64,000 bases of DNA, from positions 22,074,001 through 22,138,000 of the forward strand of contig CM059433.1 of assembly GCA_030390025.1 (NCBI GenBank), written 5' to 3'. Source of the DNA: Squalus acanthias. Its lineage: Eukaryota. Under the pieces are notes generated by a model, which saw only the letters and a program-made list of their open reading frames with translations, was not told the origin of the DNA and ran no database searches. Below, one piece after another: positions 13,220-26,460 of this stretch (position 1 is its first letter; every line of letters starts with the position of its first letter). Position numbers and translations under genes: made by a program.

Positions 13220-16200
13220 CCCTGTGTCCATTCGCATGCGCACTTTGGCTGCCGCTCCGGACCCGAGCCATTCAATACTTTTCCACTTAGTTCCCCTCTT
13301 TTCCTTTTCTCTCTATCCCTCCCTGACCGCTCTCTCCTGTTGTCATGCCTCCTTTCAACTCTCCTCTCTCAGATACTCTGCCCTCCCAAATCCCTACCCC
13401 AATCCTTCATTACTCTTCGACCTTCCTACTCTCCTGCCACCGTCCCAGGCTTGACTCCCTCTTAGATAAGCCTACAGCTTCCCTCTGTGCCTCTCTTGGC
13501 ATCCTACGAAGGGCCCATCGAGGCACTCGTCGCTGCCTCCTTACGAGTAGCAACCCCAACTGTCGCATCCTACTCTCTCACCGACCTTCCCGCCTAGCGT
13601 GCCCACTGGGGGCAAATCTTGCAAATCTCCTCCCCATCCAACACACCCCTCCCAGCGCTGACCCTGTGGACGCTTGCAGTGGGGCAGCCATCACCGACCC
13701 TCTCCGCATCTCCCTCCAGAATGTCCGTTCACTTGCGAACAAGGCCCTTGCCATCCATGAGCTTATTGTGGATGATTGTATCGATATCATGGCCCTGACG
13801 GAAGCTTGGTTGAGGGATGATGACACCTTCCCCCTAAATGAAGCCTCCCTGCCTGGCTGTACCTTCCACCACTTGCCCTGCTGAGACCGCCATGGTGGTG
13901 GTGTGGCTCTCATCACCAAATCGCACCTTGGTTTGTCCCCCTATTCCTCCGGCACTTTCTCCTCCTTTGAGCATCTCACCTTATTCCACCCCTCTCACCT
14001 CTCATTTAAAATTCTTGTTCTCTACCGCCCACCCAAGTACCATAAAAAGTTTATTACCGAGATATCTTCACTGCTCTCCTCCCTCAACCTTTGCACCGAA
14101 CAACTTCTCATCCTCGGTGATTTCAACCTCCATCTCAATTCATCATGCTCTCTCTCCTCAGAGTTCACTAGCCTCCTATCCTCCCTTAATCTCTCCCTCC
14201 ATGTAAACTCCCCAGCCTATAGTCACGGCCACCCCCTCGACCTTGCCATCTCTTGTGGCCTCGCTACTCCCATTGTGTCAATCGCAGATAAGGCCATCTC
14301 TGACCACGTCCTCATATCGCTCTCCACCCACTTCCCCCTTCCACCCCTCTGTCAACCCTACTTTCTTCTGTGTCCGCCTCTAGAAAAAACTCTCTCCTAA
14401 CTCTCTTGCAACTGCACTTATGAAATCCCAACTGTCCAGCCTTTGGCCCTCCATTCACTACGACATTTCTGCAGCTACCAATCTGCTCAACCACACCCTC
14501 ACCACCACCTTTGATGCCCTAGTCCCTATTAAAACAATTACTCTCTCTCACCCTGGCCGTTCCCCCTGGGACGGCTCTCATCTTCGCTCCCTTAAGTCCA
14601 AGGGACGCAGACTTGAGCGGATATGGCGAACAACTGGTTTAGCCGTTCACCGCCAGATCTGGCTGGACCACATAAAGCACTATCGGGCCCTGCTGTCGTC
14701 TGCCAAAATTGCTCACTGTTCCAGAATCATTGTGGAATGCAAAGAATGGCTTCTATTCTCCACTGCTAACCGTCTTCTTAAACCTCTCTCCCCTGTCACC
14801 TCCACCCTCACCTCCGACAACAAGTGTGAGGAGCTCATGGACTTCTTTGTCTCTAAGATGGAGACCATCCGTTCAGTTGCCCCTGCCACTTCCCTTCCTT
14901 CCCCTAGACCACCGGGCCAAACTTCTTCCAAGGTTCCCCCCTGCCCTAGCCCTGAACTCACATCTTACTCCAGTTTCTCTCCGATCTCCCCTCATGACCT
15001 CTCCGCGCTCATCTTGTCCATGAGACCCACCTCCTGCACCCTCGACCCTATTCCCACCAAACTGCTGACCACCCAACTTCCTTTTCTGGCTCCCATGTTA
15101 GCTGACATTGTTAACGGTTCTCTCTCCTCAGGTACTGTCCCCCTCTCCCTCAAATCTGCCGTCATCACCCCTCTCCTCAAAAACCAACTCTTGACCCCTC
15201 TGCCCTTGCAAACTACTGCCCCATCTCCAACCTCCCTTTCCTCTCCAAAGTCCTTGAATGTGTTGTCCCCTCCCAAATCCATGCCCATCTTTCCCGCAAT
15301 TCCATGCTTGAATCCCTCCAATCAGGTTTCCGCCCTTGCCACAGTACCGAAACGGCTCTCATCAAAGTTACAAATGACATGTTTTGTGACTGACCTGTGA
15401 CAAAGGTAAACTATCCGTCCTCGTCCTTCTTGACTTGTCTGCAACCTTTGATACGGTTGACCACTCCATCCTTCTCCAACGCCTCTCCACCATCGTCCAG
15501 CTGGGTGGGACTGCACTCGCCCGATTCCATTCTTATCTATCTAATCGTATCCAGAGATCACCTGCAATGGCTGCTCTTCCCACTCCCGCATCGTTACCTC
15601 TGGTGTCCCCCAAGGATCTATCCCCCTCCTATTTCTCATCTACATTTTGCCCCTTGGCGACATCTTCCGAAAACACAGCGTCAGTTTCCACAATGACGGT
15701 GACGACACGCAGCTCTGCCTCACGACCACTTCTCTCGACCCTTCCACGGTCTCTAAATTGTCGGACTGCTTGTCCGACATCCAGTTCTGGATGAGCAGAA
15801 ATTTTCTCCTTTTAAATATTGGGAAGACCGAAGCCATTGTTTTCGATCCCCGCCACAAACTCCATTCACTAGCCACTGACTCCATCCTTCTGAGACTGAA
15901 CCACACTGTTCGCAACATTGGTGTCATATTTGACCCTGAAATGAGATTCTGACCACATATCCGCAGCATAAATAAGACCGCCTATTTCCACCTCCATAAC
16001 ATCGCTTGTCTCTGCCCTTACTTCAGCTCCTCCGCTGCTGATACACTCATCCATGCCTTTATTACCTCTCGACTTGAATATTCCAATGGACACCTGGCTG
16101 GCCTCCCACATTCTACCCTACATAAACTTGAGGTCATCCAAAAGTCGGCTGCCTGTGTCCTAACTCGCACGAAGTCCCGTTCACCCATCTCCCCTGTGCT

Positions 16201-16640
16201 CGCTGACCTACATTGGCTCCCAGTTAAGCAATGTCTCGATTTCAAAATTCTCATCCTTGTTTTCAAATCCCTCCATGGCCTCGCCGCTCCCTAGCTCTGT
16301 AATCTCCTGCAGCCCCACAACCCCCTGAGATATCTGCACTCCTCTATTTCAGCCCTCTGGAGCATCCCTGATTATAATCGCTTAACCATCGGTGGCCGTG
16401 CCTTCTGTTGCCTAGGCCCTAAGATCTGGAATTCCCTGCCTAAACCTCTCCGCCTCTCTACCTCTCTGTCCTCCTTTAAGACGCTCCTTAAAACCTATCT
16501 CTTTGACCAAGCTTTTGGTCACCTGCCCTAATTTCTCTTTATGTGGCTCGGTGTCAATTTTTTGTCTTATAACACTCCTGTGAAGCGCCTTGGGAAGTTT
16601 TACTACGTTAAAGGCGCTATATAAATACAAGTTGTTGTTG
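13220..16640 (+). mobile_element. Near-complete L2-clade LINE (APE + RT), inactivated by stops and frameshifts
   Basis: APE motifs QNVRSL, ALTEAWL, LYRPP, ILGDFN, LDL, SDH; RT motifs [35 protein letters not shown]; 3' end aaaggcgctatataaatacaagttgttgttg. Confidence 0.9.
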
Positions 16641-16847
16641 GTGCTCAAGTGATTTTTGATTACTTGCTTTTTTACAAGTCCTTATATACTGGTTATTTTT
16701 GTAAAATCAGGCATGATATCAGAATGCACAAAAGAAGCATTTCAATTTTTTTTAATTTTTAAAGCAACTCCCAAGATTATCTATGACTTGTTTCTGGGAA
16801 AGGGGACTGATATTAAACCCTACCAACCTGGCCAGCCTTGCTGGATT

Positions 16848-17526
16848 TAAATCTATGCCCCCTGGTTATTGACCTCTCTGCTCGGGGAAATAGGTCCTTC
16901 CTATCCACTCTATCTAGGTCCCTCATAATTTTATACACGTCAATTAAGTCTCCCCTCAGCCTGTTCTGTTCCAATGAAAACAACCCCAGCCTATCCAATC
17001 TTTCCTCATAGCTAAAATTCTCCAGTCCTGGCAACATCCCCGTAAATCCTCCTCTGTATCCTTTCTACTGCCATCGCACCTTTCCTGTACTGTGGTGACC
17101 AGAACTGTACGCAGTACTCTAGCTGTGCCCTAACTTGTGTTTTGTACAGTTCAAGCATAACCTCCCTGCTCTTATATTCTATGCCTCAGCTAATAAAGGA
17201 AAGTATCCCATATGTCATCTTAACCACCTTATCTACCTGTCCTGCTAACTTCAGGGACCTGTGGACATGCACTCCAAGGTCCCTCTGTTCCTCTACACTT
17301 CTCAGTATCCTACCATTTATTGTGTATTCCCTTGCCTTGTTAGCCCTCCCCAAATGCTTACCTCACAGTTCTCTGGATTGAATTTCATTTGCCACTTTTC
17401 TGCCCACCTGACCAGTCCACTGATATCTTCCTGCAGCCTACAGCTATCTTCCTCACTATCAACCACACAGCCAATTTTTGTATCACCTACAAACTTCTTA
17501 ATCATGCTCCCTACATTGAAGTCTAA
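16848..17526 (-). mobile_element. CR1 LINE RT fragment, truncated at both ends
   Basis: KFVGDTKIG...LQEDI...WQMKFN and YEERLDRLGLFSLE...RGHRFK. Confidence 0.9.
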
Positions 17527-18982
17527 GGAGGGAATTTTTCGGGGGGTCAGTGGGCGCGATCGGTGGTGGGTCGGGTAAGAAAAAAACATTTTTTTGACAG
17601 CAGGTCGGGACCCCACTGGCAACACCCCCACCGCGCCTTTCTCAGGTGTTGGATCTGTTAGCGCTGAACAGACCCGACACGCAGCGGCGAGGGAGGCAAT
17701 TCAGGTCATTATGACCTTGTTAACAGCCCATTAAGAAGTATTTTGAGCTCACCTTTACATTTTTCGACATCGCCCACGGGGTCCACGTTGCTCGGGGATC
17801 ACATCAGGTAAGCAGGTCAGGAATTGTATGACCATGGAATCATCTGATTACTTGACAGCTGCAAATGTGCTATAAAAGCTCCCATCTCATAGTTGTTCAC
17901 TTTCCAAGCTCAGAAGCTGTTGCTTACTGCATTTGGAAGACACATTGAGCTTTATGCAGGTTGTAAGTGTTTGGAGCAAACTCTCTATCCACTGTCACCT
18001 CATTGGAACAACCTCTCTCACCATTGACAGGTCGCTTCTGTCATCTCAACTTCAGCTGCCATCTATTACATCAGCATTGGTGCCCTTGAAACTATCTCAC
18101 CTTGGTCCTCAGAATTCCACCACAATCAGCCCCAGCAGCACCAGGCACACCAGCAGCACCAACAACAACACCAACCTGATGCTGCACAAGACAGAGGGCA
18201 TCAGCACCCGAACAGATTGCTGCTCGAGAGACCAGGGATGGCCTCACCATGGCCAGATTTACTTCACTTGATGCTGTACACCCTGGCTGCCACATGATGC
18301 GCCAGGTTGGCACCACCCCACACCAACACCATAAAGCATCCCTACAATGCCCAAGCCATTCCTTTCACACTCATCACTATTGCGGGGGGTGGTATTGTTA
18401 TGTCTCATCATTCACAGCAACTCACTAAACCACTTCCAAATGTGCACACAAATCTGTCCAAGAACACAAAGTGTTGAAAATAAAGGTTTCAATGTTTGAC
18501 ACCACAGGTTTCAATGTTTGACACCACATTAACAGAAACTTTACATGAACATTGCATAAAACACCCAAGTGCCTACCCTTGTGTGTTGTTAGTTTGTATG
18601 ATTGGACTAGGATGAGGATGAGTGTGAGGAGTGGCTAGTGAGATGGAGAAGTGATAATGTAGATAGAGAGGGATGGGTGGAGGTGCAAGGTGAGTTGGTG
18701 TGAGTAAGGATGTGCAGGAGTAGGGTAGGTAAGATAGAGTGATGGGGATGTGATGAGAGGCATAGCAGGATGAGGTTGATTGTGGCTTTGTACTAACGTT
18801 TCGTGATCTACTGAGATAATTGAAAGTTTTGCGCCACTGTAGCCTGGTCCCCCGATGACATCCTTGCTTGTGTCCTCCTGTGCAATGTGCAACCAGGCTG
18901 CGTTGGTGTCCTGGGGAGGTCTCTTCCGCCCATTGGAAGGGAAGACAACCTCTCTGCGTGCTTTGACTCCCTCCATAAGCAT
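17527..18982 (-). mobile_element. PIF/Harbinger-like element copy 2, one end missing, nested in CR1
   Basis: Reverse-complement homolog of about 3350-4783; Myb remnant in ORF 18635-18982. Confidence 0.75.
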
Positions 18983-19024
18983 CTAAAGTTATTTATGACT
19001 GTGAACAACATCACAGGTGATCGA

Positions 19025-19690
19025 CTATGCAGGACAGGTGGTTAAGAAGGCATATGGGATACTTTCCTTTATTAGCCGAGGCATAGAATATAAAAGAGGA
19101 GAGGTTATGCTAGAACTGTATAAAACACTAGATAAGCCACAGTTAGAGTACTGCATGCTGTCTGTTCAGGTCACCACATTACAGGAAAGATGTGATTGCA
19201 CTAGAGAGGGTACAGAGGAGATTTACAAGGATGTTGCCAGGACTCGAGAGAATTTTAGCTGTGAGAAAGATTGGATAGGCTGGGGTTGTTTTCCTTCGAA
19301 CAGAGGAAGCTGAGGGGAGACTTAATTGAGGTGTATAAAATTATGAGGGGCCTAGATAGAGTGGATAGGAAGGACCTATTTCCCCTAGCAGAGAGGTCAA
19401 TAACCAGGGGGAATAGATTTAAAGTAATTGGTAGAAGGATTAGAGGGGAGTTGAGGAGAACTTTTTTTCACCCAGAGGGCGGTGGGGGTCTGGAACACAC
19501 TACCTGAAAGGGTGGTAGAGGCAGAAACCCTCAAGACATTTAAAAAGTCCTTGGATATGCACTTGAAATGCCGTAACCTGCAAGGCTACAGACCAAGAGC
19601 TGGAAAGTGGGATTAGGCGGGATAGCTCTTTTGCAGACACGATGGGTCGAATGGCCTCCTTCTGTGTCGTAAATTTCTATGATTCTATAT
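19025..19690 (+). mobile_element. CR1 LINE 3' fragment with tail
   Basis: KAYGILSFISRGIEYK...LGLFSFEQRKLRGDLIEVYK; ends in the ttctatgattctat tail. Confidence 0.9.
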
Positions 19691-20015
19691 AACCCCTAAT
19701 TTTCGTCTGATATTACCAATGTTGCAGTACTGTGGTGTTTTAACTACGCAGTCAGCATTGTCTGAATGTGTTCTCACTCACGTGGTATTACAACCCTATG
19801 CAATTTCTTTAGTAAAAGTATGCAGTGGGAATAACATCACAGAAGAAAGGGAACAGTGTTCCCTTAGCTTGTAATAGTTCTCATTAAAGCACGGTTAGAA
19901 ATAAATTCAGAGATTATTTATTTCTTTTTATAATTATGCATCACTCGTACAAATTAAATATTTACTGGAGAATGGTGGAATAAAAACTTTTTTCTACTTC
20001 TGAGAACATAAATAG

Positions 20016-20345
<330 letters not shown>

Positions 20346-21369
20346 TGAGAATGGCGTTGATTAACTGATTCTTTGTTCTGTATATTGTATTCTCATTCTT
20401 CATTCTCATCTGCCTATTGTAATTAGAGTTCTATAATTAATAAAATAATCTCCCCACTGCCATATTAATTTTCTTTCCTGCGTTTAATCAGAAAGTCAAC
20501 TTGAATCCAACCTGTACTTCCTAATTTGTGGTTAAGATAAAGTTTGCTGTCCGTATAGATAATGAAAGAGTTGTGTGATTAATAATGATTTTAGTCAGAG
20601 GTTATCTTTGTTTGCCTCTACCAGTGCTGCTCGGTAAAGCTAAGCTATATGGAAGTGTGTGAGTGCTGTGCAGGGTAGCTCGTTTTGATTTTTCTCCTAC
20701 CCTCTCTGTGGAGAAGCATTAACCTTTTTTCTACCTGTCATTTTCTGCTGATGACACAGCTAAGGTCAGGAATTGCAGAATCCTGAGTACAAATGTACAC
20801 CTCACCACTTTGTGGTATGATGTGCTGTTATGTCAAAACATCAGTGTCTTGATAAGTTTTTATAGATGTTTGCATTCAGAAATAAGTTATAAAGGAAGCT
20901 CCCTACATTTGGAGAGTTCATCTTATCATATTATTAAGAGCGACATTTTTGTAAATACAGTGTATCGTTTTAGGTTGAAATTTATGTGCTGTTTGCTAAT
21001 CCCTCATGCAAAACTGCACAAGACATAAAATTAATGAAAGATCATTACAGCGTACAAAGTATCACTTGCATCATGATTTTTGGGTGCTGATATCATTAAC
21101 ATTTTTTGTTTTCTGAATTGTAAATGAACAAACTGTGCCAAAGTGTTGGTCCACACAGATTGTAATGCAAGTTGCAAATCTTATTTAGTGATTTATTTTC
21201 CTTTTTTGAAAAGATCTACAGTATTGTGTTGCATTATTTGTATTGATTTATGGATATATTTATAGGAAGGCTGTTTTGTATGTTACTATAGTTTTTAATA
21301 GGACCCTGCTGGTATGATATACTGAGAGAATCCACAGATTCATGGCTCTATATTATGTGACTGAAATTA

Positions 21370-21783
21370 CAGGAAACTTTCGTTTATCCGGCACCCAAAT
21401 ATCCGGAATTCTCGCTTAACCGGCAAAAATCATCCTCCGAAAACTCCTCTCAAATAACCGGCAATGTTGCCGAGTCGCAGTCGAGTCTCCGCGAACGCCG
21501 AGTGCTCCGAAAAAATCCTCTCAAATAACCGGCAATGTTGCCGATCCCGAGTCCGAGTCCGAGAACGCCGATTTAGTCAGTAGGGGTACTTTTCAAAAGT
21601 GCCACTACTCGGCCTCCTGGCGCAAGTCCGAAACATTGCAGTAGCAGGAGTAGATTCTCCTGTGCTGCTTGGAGTCTCTTTGTTAAAAATAGACTCGGTA
21701 GATATAACTCTCTGTTATCCGGTACTTTCGATAAACCGGCACCACGCCGGTCCCGTCGATGCCGGATAAACGAAAGTTTCCTG
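21370..21783. mobile_element. Tc1/mariner (Tigger/pogo-type) MITE
   Basis: Perfect 24-bp TIR caggaaactttcgtttatccggca; TA TSD at 21368-21369 and 21784-21785. Confidence 0.9.
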
Positions 21784-22690
21784 TATGTTGTTTTTCTGGG
21801 AGTTGTTGAAACAGCAATACTCTTTTTAGGGAATTAAATAGAGCCAGGCTCCATATATCAAAATGTAATTTACAACCTGCATATCATGGGGATAACCAGG
21901 ATGCTAACAATGACAATTATGTAGGTGATGATTTTTCCTGTCATTTTGAATCTCCTGTCCTAAACATGGTGACTCATGCTGGGTACAGTTTCATAGGCAT
22001 CGATTGACTCTATCCAACAGGCCATTCTTCCTGTGTGAGCTTAGATAGTTCGTGTGAGTGGACTATTTGACTGGGTCAAAGTTTACAGACTTGGTGAAAT
22101 TTGCCTTTCGTTATACCAGACTGGAACTGAGGTAGTATATTTCGTGGTATGTTATTTCAGGGATCAGATTGCCGTATTTCAGGGATCAGATTGCCAATCA
22201 GTCAGTCCTTCTAAGGTGTGGGACACATTCTGAGATATAGGTCCACCACTGGGAAAGATCAGGAGATGTTTTTCCTTGTCCCATTTATTTTTTGTTGCAT
22301 AGATTACGTCCCTTCTCCAAATTGCATAATTTCCCCGGATGTCATCCCCAACACTTTAGATGCGGCTGCGCCTCTGTTCAACACCAACACATTTAGGTTG
22401 TTTTTTATGGTGCTACAATCAGCTGTTGATTCTTTCCACCCAACAGTTGTCAGAAGTACTCAACGCAATGGTCAGCACCCTGAGTGAGAGCTCTGTGTCT
22501 AATCACAAGTGGACTTTGTCCTCAGAAGTTGTGATTTGCTACCCAGGGATGAAATCCTTGTGATATTTGTAACTCACCAACAAGAAGTTGTTCCAGTTCT
22601 GTTCTAGAGACAACACAACCCAACAGTTTAAACCTCAATCCTTATTACTTTCTGGAGTTCTCCTTGAGCTTCGTCTACCTCAGGAAATTA

Positions 22691-24690
22691 GAGTCATAGA
22701 ATGGTTACAGCACAGAAGGAGGCCATTCGGCCCATTGAGCCTGTGCCGGCTCTCTGAAAGAGCACTTCAGCTAGTCCCACTCCTCCGCCCCTTCCCCGTA
22801 GCCCTGCAATTTTTTTCCTTCAGGTACTTAGTCAAATCCCTTTTGAGTCTGCCTCCACCACCCTTTCAGGCAGTGCATTCAAGATCATAACCACTCGCTG
22901 TGTAAAAAAGTTTTTCCTCATGTCGCCTTTGGTTCTTCTGCCAAGCACCTTAAATCTATGTTCTCTGGTTCTCGAGCCTTCTGCCAATGGGAACAGTTTC
23001 CCTCTATCTACTCTGTCTAGACCCCTCATGATTTTGAACACCTTTATCTAATCTCCTCTCAATCTTCTCTGCTCTAAGGAGAACAACCCCAGCTTCTCCA
23101 GTCTATCCACGTAACTGACGTCCCTCATCCCTGGAACCATTGTCGTAAATCTTTTCTGCACCCTCTCTAAAGCCTTCACATCCTTCCTAAAGTGCAGTGC
23201 CGAGAATTGGACACAATACTCCAGTTGTGGCCGAACCAGTGTTTTATAAAGGTTCATCATAACTTCCTTGCTTTTGTACTCTATGCCTCTATTTATAAAG
23301 CCCAGGATCCCGTAAGCTTTTTTAACCACTTTCTCAACTGGCCCTGCCACCTTCAACGGTTTGTGCACATATACCCCCAGGTCGCTCTGTTCATGCACCC
23401 CCTTTAGAATTGTATTGTTTAGATTATATTGCCTCTCCTTGTTCTTCCGACCAAAATGTCTCACTTTGCACTTTTCTGCGTTAAATTTCATCTGCCATGT
23501 GTCCGCCTATTCCACCAACCTGTCTATGTCCTCTTGAAGTCTATTCTTATCCTCCTCACTGTTCACTATACTTCCAAGTTTTGTGTCATCTGCAAATTTT
23601 GAAATTGTGCCCTGTACACCTAAGTCCAAGTCATTAATATATATCAAGAAAATCAGTGGTCGTAGTACCGACCCCTGGGGAACACCACTGTATACCATCC
23701 TCCAGTCTAAGAAACAACCATTCGCCTCTACTCTGTTTCTTGTCACTTAGCCAAATTTGTACCCATGCTCCCACTGTCCCTTTTATTCCATGGGCTTCAA
23801 CCTTGCTGGAAAGCCTATTATGTGGCACTTTATCAAATGCCTTTTGGAAGTCCATTTACACCACATCAACCGCATTGCCCTCATCAACCTCATGAACAAG
23901 GATGTAACATTTGCAATTCTCCAGTCCTCTGGCACCACCCCGTATCCAAGGAGGATTGGAAGATTATGGTCAGTACCTCCCCAACGTCCACCTTTACTTC
24001 CCTCGGCATCTTAGGATGCATCCCATCCGGTCCTGGTGATTATCTACTTTAGTTACAGCCAGCTTTTCTAGTACCTCCTCTTTATCAATTTTTAGTCCAT
24101 CCAGTATCTCAACTACCTCCTCTTTCACTATGACTTTGGCAACATCTTCTTCCTTGGTGAAGACAGATGCAAAGTACTCTTTTAGTACCTCAGCCATGCC
24201 CTCTGCCTCCATGTGTAGGTCTCGCTTTTGTTCTCTAATCAACCCCACTCCTCCTCTTCCTACCCGTTTACTATTTATATGCCTATAGAAGACTTTTGGA
24301 TTTCTTTTTAGGTTAGATGCCAGTCTATTTTCATATTCTCTCTTTGCCCCTCTTACTTCCTTTTTCACTTCCCCTCTGAATTCTCTATGTTCAGCCTGGT
24401 TCTCACTTTTATTCTCAACCTGACATCTATCATACGCCCCTTTTTTCTGCTTCATCTTACTCTCTAACTGTTTCATCATCTAGGGAGCTCTGGCTTTGGT
24501 TGCCCAACCTTTCCCCCCCTGGGAATGTACCTCGACTGTACCCAAACCATCTCCTCTTTAAAGGCAACCTATTGTTCAATTACAGTTTTGCCTGCCAATC
24601 TTTGATTCCAATTTACTTGGGCCAGATCCGTTCTCAACCCACTGAAATTGGCCCTCCCCCAATTAAGTATTTTAACTCTAGATTGCTCAA
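22691..24690 (-). mobile_element. CR1 LINE, about 2 kb with internal deletion, 3' end present
   Basis: DFQKAFDKVPH, SGVPQGSVL, FLIYINDL, KFADDTKL, RPQLEYCVQF in ORFs 23048-24479. Confidence 0.92.
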
Positions 24691-24701
24691 TTAAGTATTT
24701 T

Positions 24702-25387
24702 GGGGGGAAAATTGGCTCGCGCCCCCTTTGGGGCGCTAACATCGCTGGGGCGCTAACTTCACCGGGGCGCTATTTTCCCGAAAAGGTTGGCGCCCTCGCG
24801 CCCAAAATTGAATGGTAGTGCCCCAAGCAGGAGGCAGGACGCTACTGGAAGCACTCCCCCTCCTTCTTGGGGCGCTCACATTGAATATCGCGGCGCTACG
24901 TGCAGCAGCACCATGTGTGTCAGCACATAGCGCCGCGGTACTCCAGGCCTCCCTCCCCTGATTAAAGGGGAGGGGCCTAGCACAGCGCGCACAGGGACCC
25001 TGCTGGACCACCGGAGTGCCGGGGGGCCCGATCACGGCTGGCACCTCGCAGCAGGAGGCGAGAGAGGGCTGGCGCTGGCAGGCGGCCCAAAAAAAATGGC
25101 CACCCGGCACCTGCCCTTTAATTATCACCACCCCGGCCGCAAAAATGCCACCCTGATCCTATTGGACATAATGTCCGGCGGTAGGTCAGGGGGCGCGAGC
25201 CAAGTTTGCAGCTGGGGTGCGAGCGGGACGCTGCACACTGTAATGACGTCATCACCAGAGGCGCAGCGCTACCGGCTACCGCCGCCGCTAACCTCCCGCT
25301 GAATTTTGCGGGAGGGATTAGCAGTGCCGTGCCTGGGCGCTAGTTGGGGCGCTAACGGGAGGCGCAAAGCAACCGAATTTTTCCTCC
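24702..25387. mobile_element. GC/CpG-rich Harbinger-type MITE
   Basis: Termini ggggggaaaattgg / ccgaatttttcctcc; TTT 3-bp TSD; repeated ggcgct(aac) motifs. Confidence 0.7.
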
Positions 25388-25494
25388 TTTAACTCTAGAT
25401 TAACTAAGTTGTTGTTATTGTCTTTTATCCTTCAGTACATGGTTGTTTCTACCAAGAATAGCATGCCTTTATACAGAAGAAAGCATCATGGGAT

Positions 25495-26460
25495 TAGAAC
25501 ATAAGAACATAAGAAATAGGAGCAGGAATAGGCCACTTGGCCCCTCGAGCCTGCTCCGCCATTCAATAAGATCATAAATGAGAAGTCGCACAACACCAGG
25601 TTATAGTCCAACAGATTTATTTAATTTTACTATAACCTGGTGTTGTGCGACTTCTCATTTTTGTCCACCCCAGTCCAACGCCGGCATCTCCACATCATGA
25701 CCTCAATAAGATCATGGCTGATCTAGGGCTCAAAGCCACTTCCCAGTCTGCTCCCCATAACCCTTCACTCCCTTATCTTGCAAAAATGTGTCTATATCCA
25801 CTATAAATGTATTTAATGACCCAGCCTCCACAGCTCTCTGGGGCAGAGAATACCACAAATTTACGACCCTCTGAGAGAAGAAGTTCCTCCTCATCTCAGT
25901 TCTAAAAGGGTGACCCTTTATTCTGAGACTGTGCCCCCGAGTTCTAGATTTCCCCATGAGGGGAAACATCCTCTCTGCAACTACCCTGTCGAGCCTCCTC
26001 AGTATCGTATATGTTTCGATAAGATCACCTCTCATTCTTCTAAATCCCAATGAGTAAAGGCCCAGACTGCTCAACCTTTCTTCATAAGTCAAACCCCTCA
26101 TCTCTGGAATTAACCTAGTGAATCGTCTCTGAACTGCCTCCAATGCAAGTATATCCTTCCTTAAATAAAGAGACCAAAACTGTACGCAGTACTCAAGGTG
26201 TGGTCTCACCAATACCCTGTACAGTTGTAGCAGGACTTCCCTGCTTTTATACTCCAAGCCCCTTGAAATAAAGGCCAACATTCCATTTGCCTTTTTGAGT
26301 ACCTGCATGCTAACTTTTTGTGTTTCATGCACAAGGACCCCCAGGTCCCTCTGAACTGTAGCATTTTGTAATCTCTCTCCATTTAAATAATAGTTTGCTT
26401 TTTTATTTTTCCTGCCAAAGTGGATAACCTCGCACTTTCCCACATTATACTCCATCTGAC
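25495..26460 (-). mobile_element. CR1 LINE 3' fragment (second subfamily) with nested Penelope-type insertion
   Basis: 241-aa RT C-terminal ORF 25730-26455; agaacata repeats mark the tail. Confidence 0.92.
25576..25702. mobile_element. Short Penelope-like hairpin insertion, ribozyme core absent
   Basis: Inverted arms tgagaagtcgcacaacaccaggttatagt; same 3' extension as 46849-47095; 13-bp TSD tcaataagatcat (25563-25575, 25703-25715). Confidence 0.8.

Noticed and set aside
21433..21571. Repeat units as a CRISPR-like array
   Set aside because: There are only two units, inside a MITE, with no unique spacers, in a eukaryotic intron
25730..26455. Long RT-like ORFs (also 14420-15400, 37626-38216, 53912-54523) as functional genes or a retron-type system
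   Set aside because: They are partial CR1/L2 ORF2 pieces with truncations, stops and altered catalytic motifs
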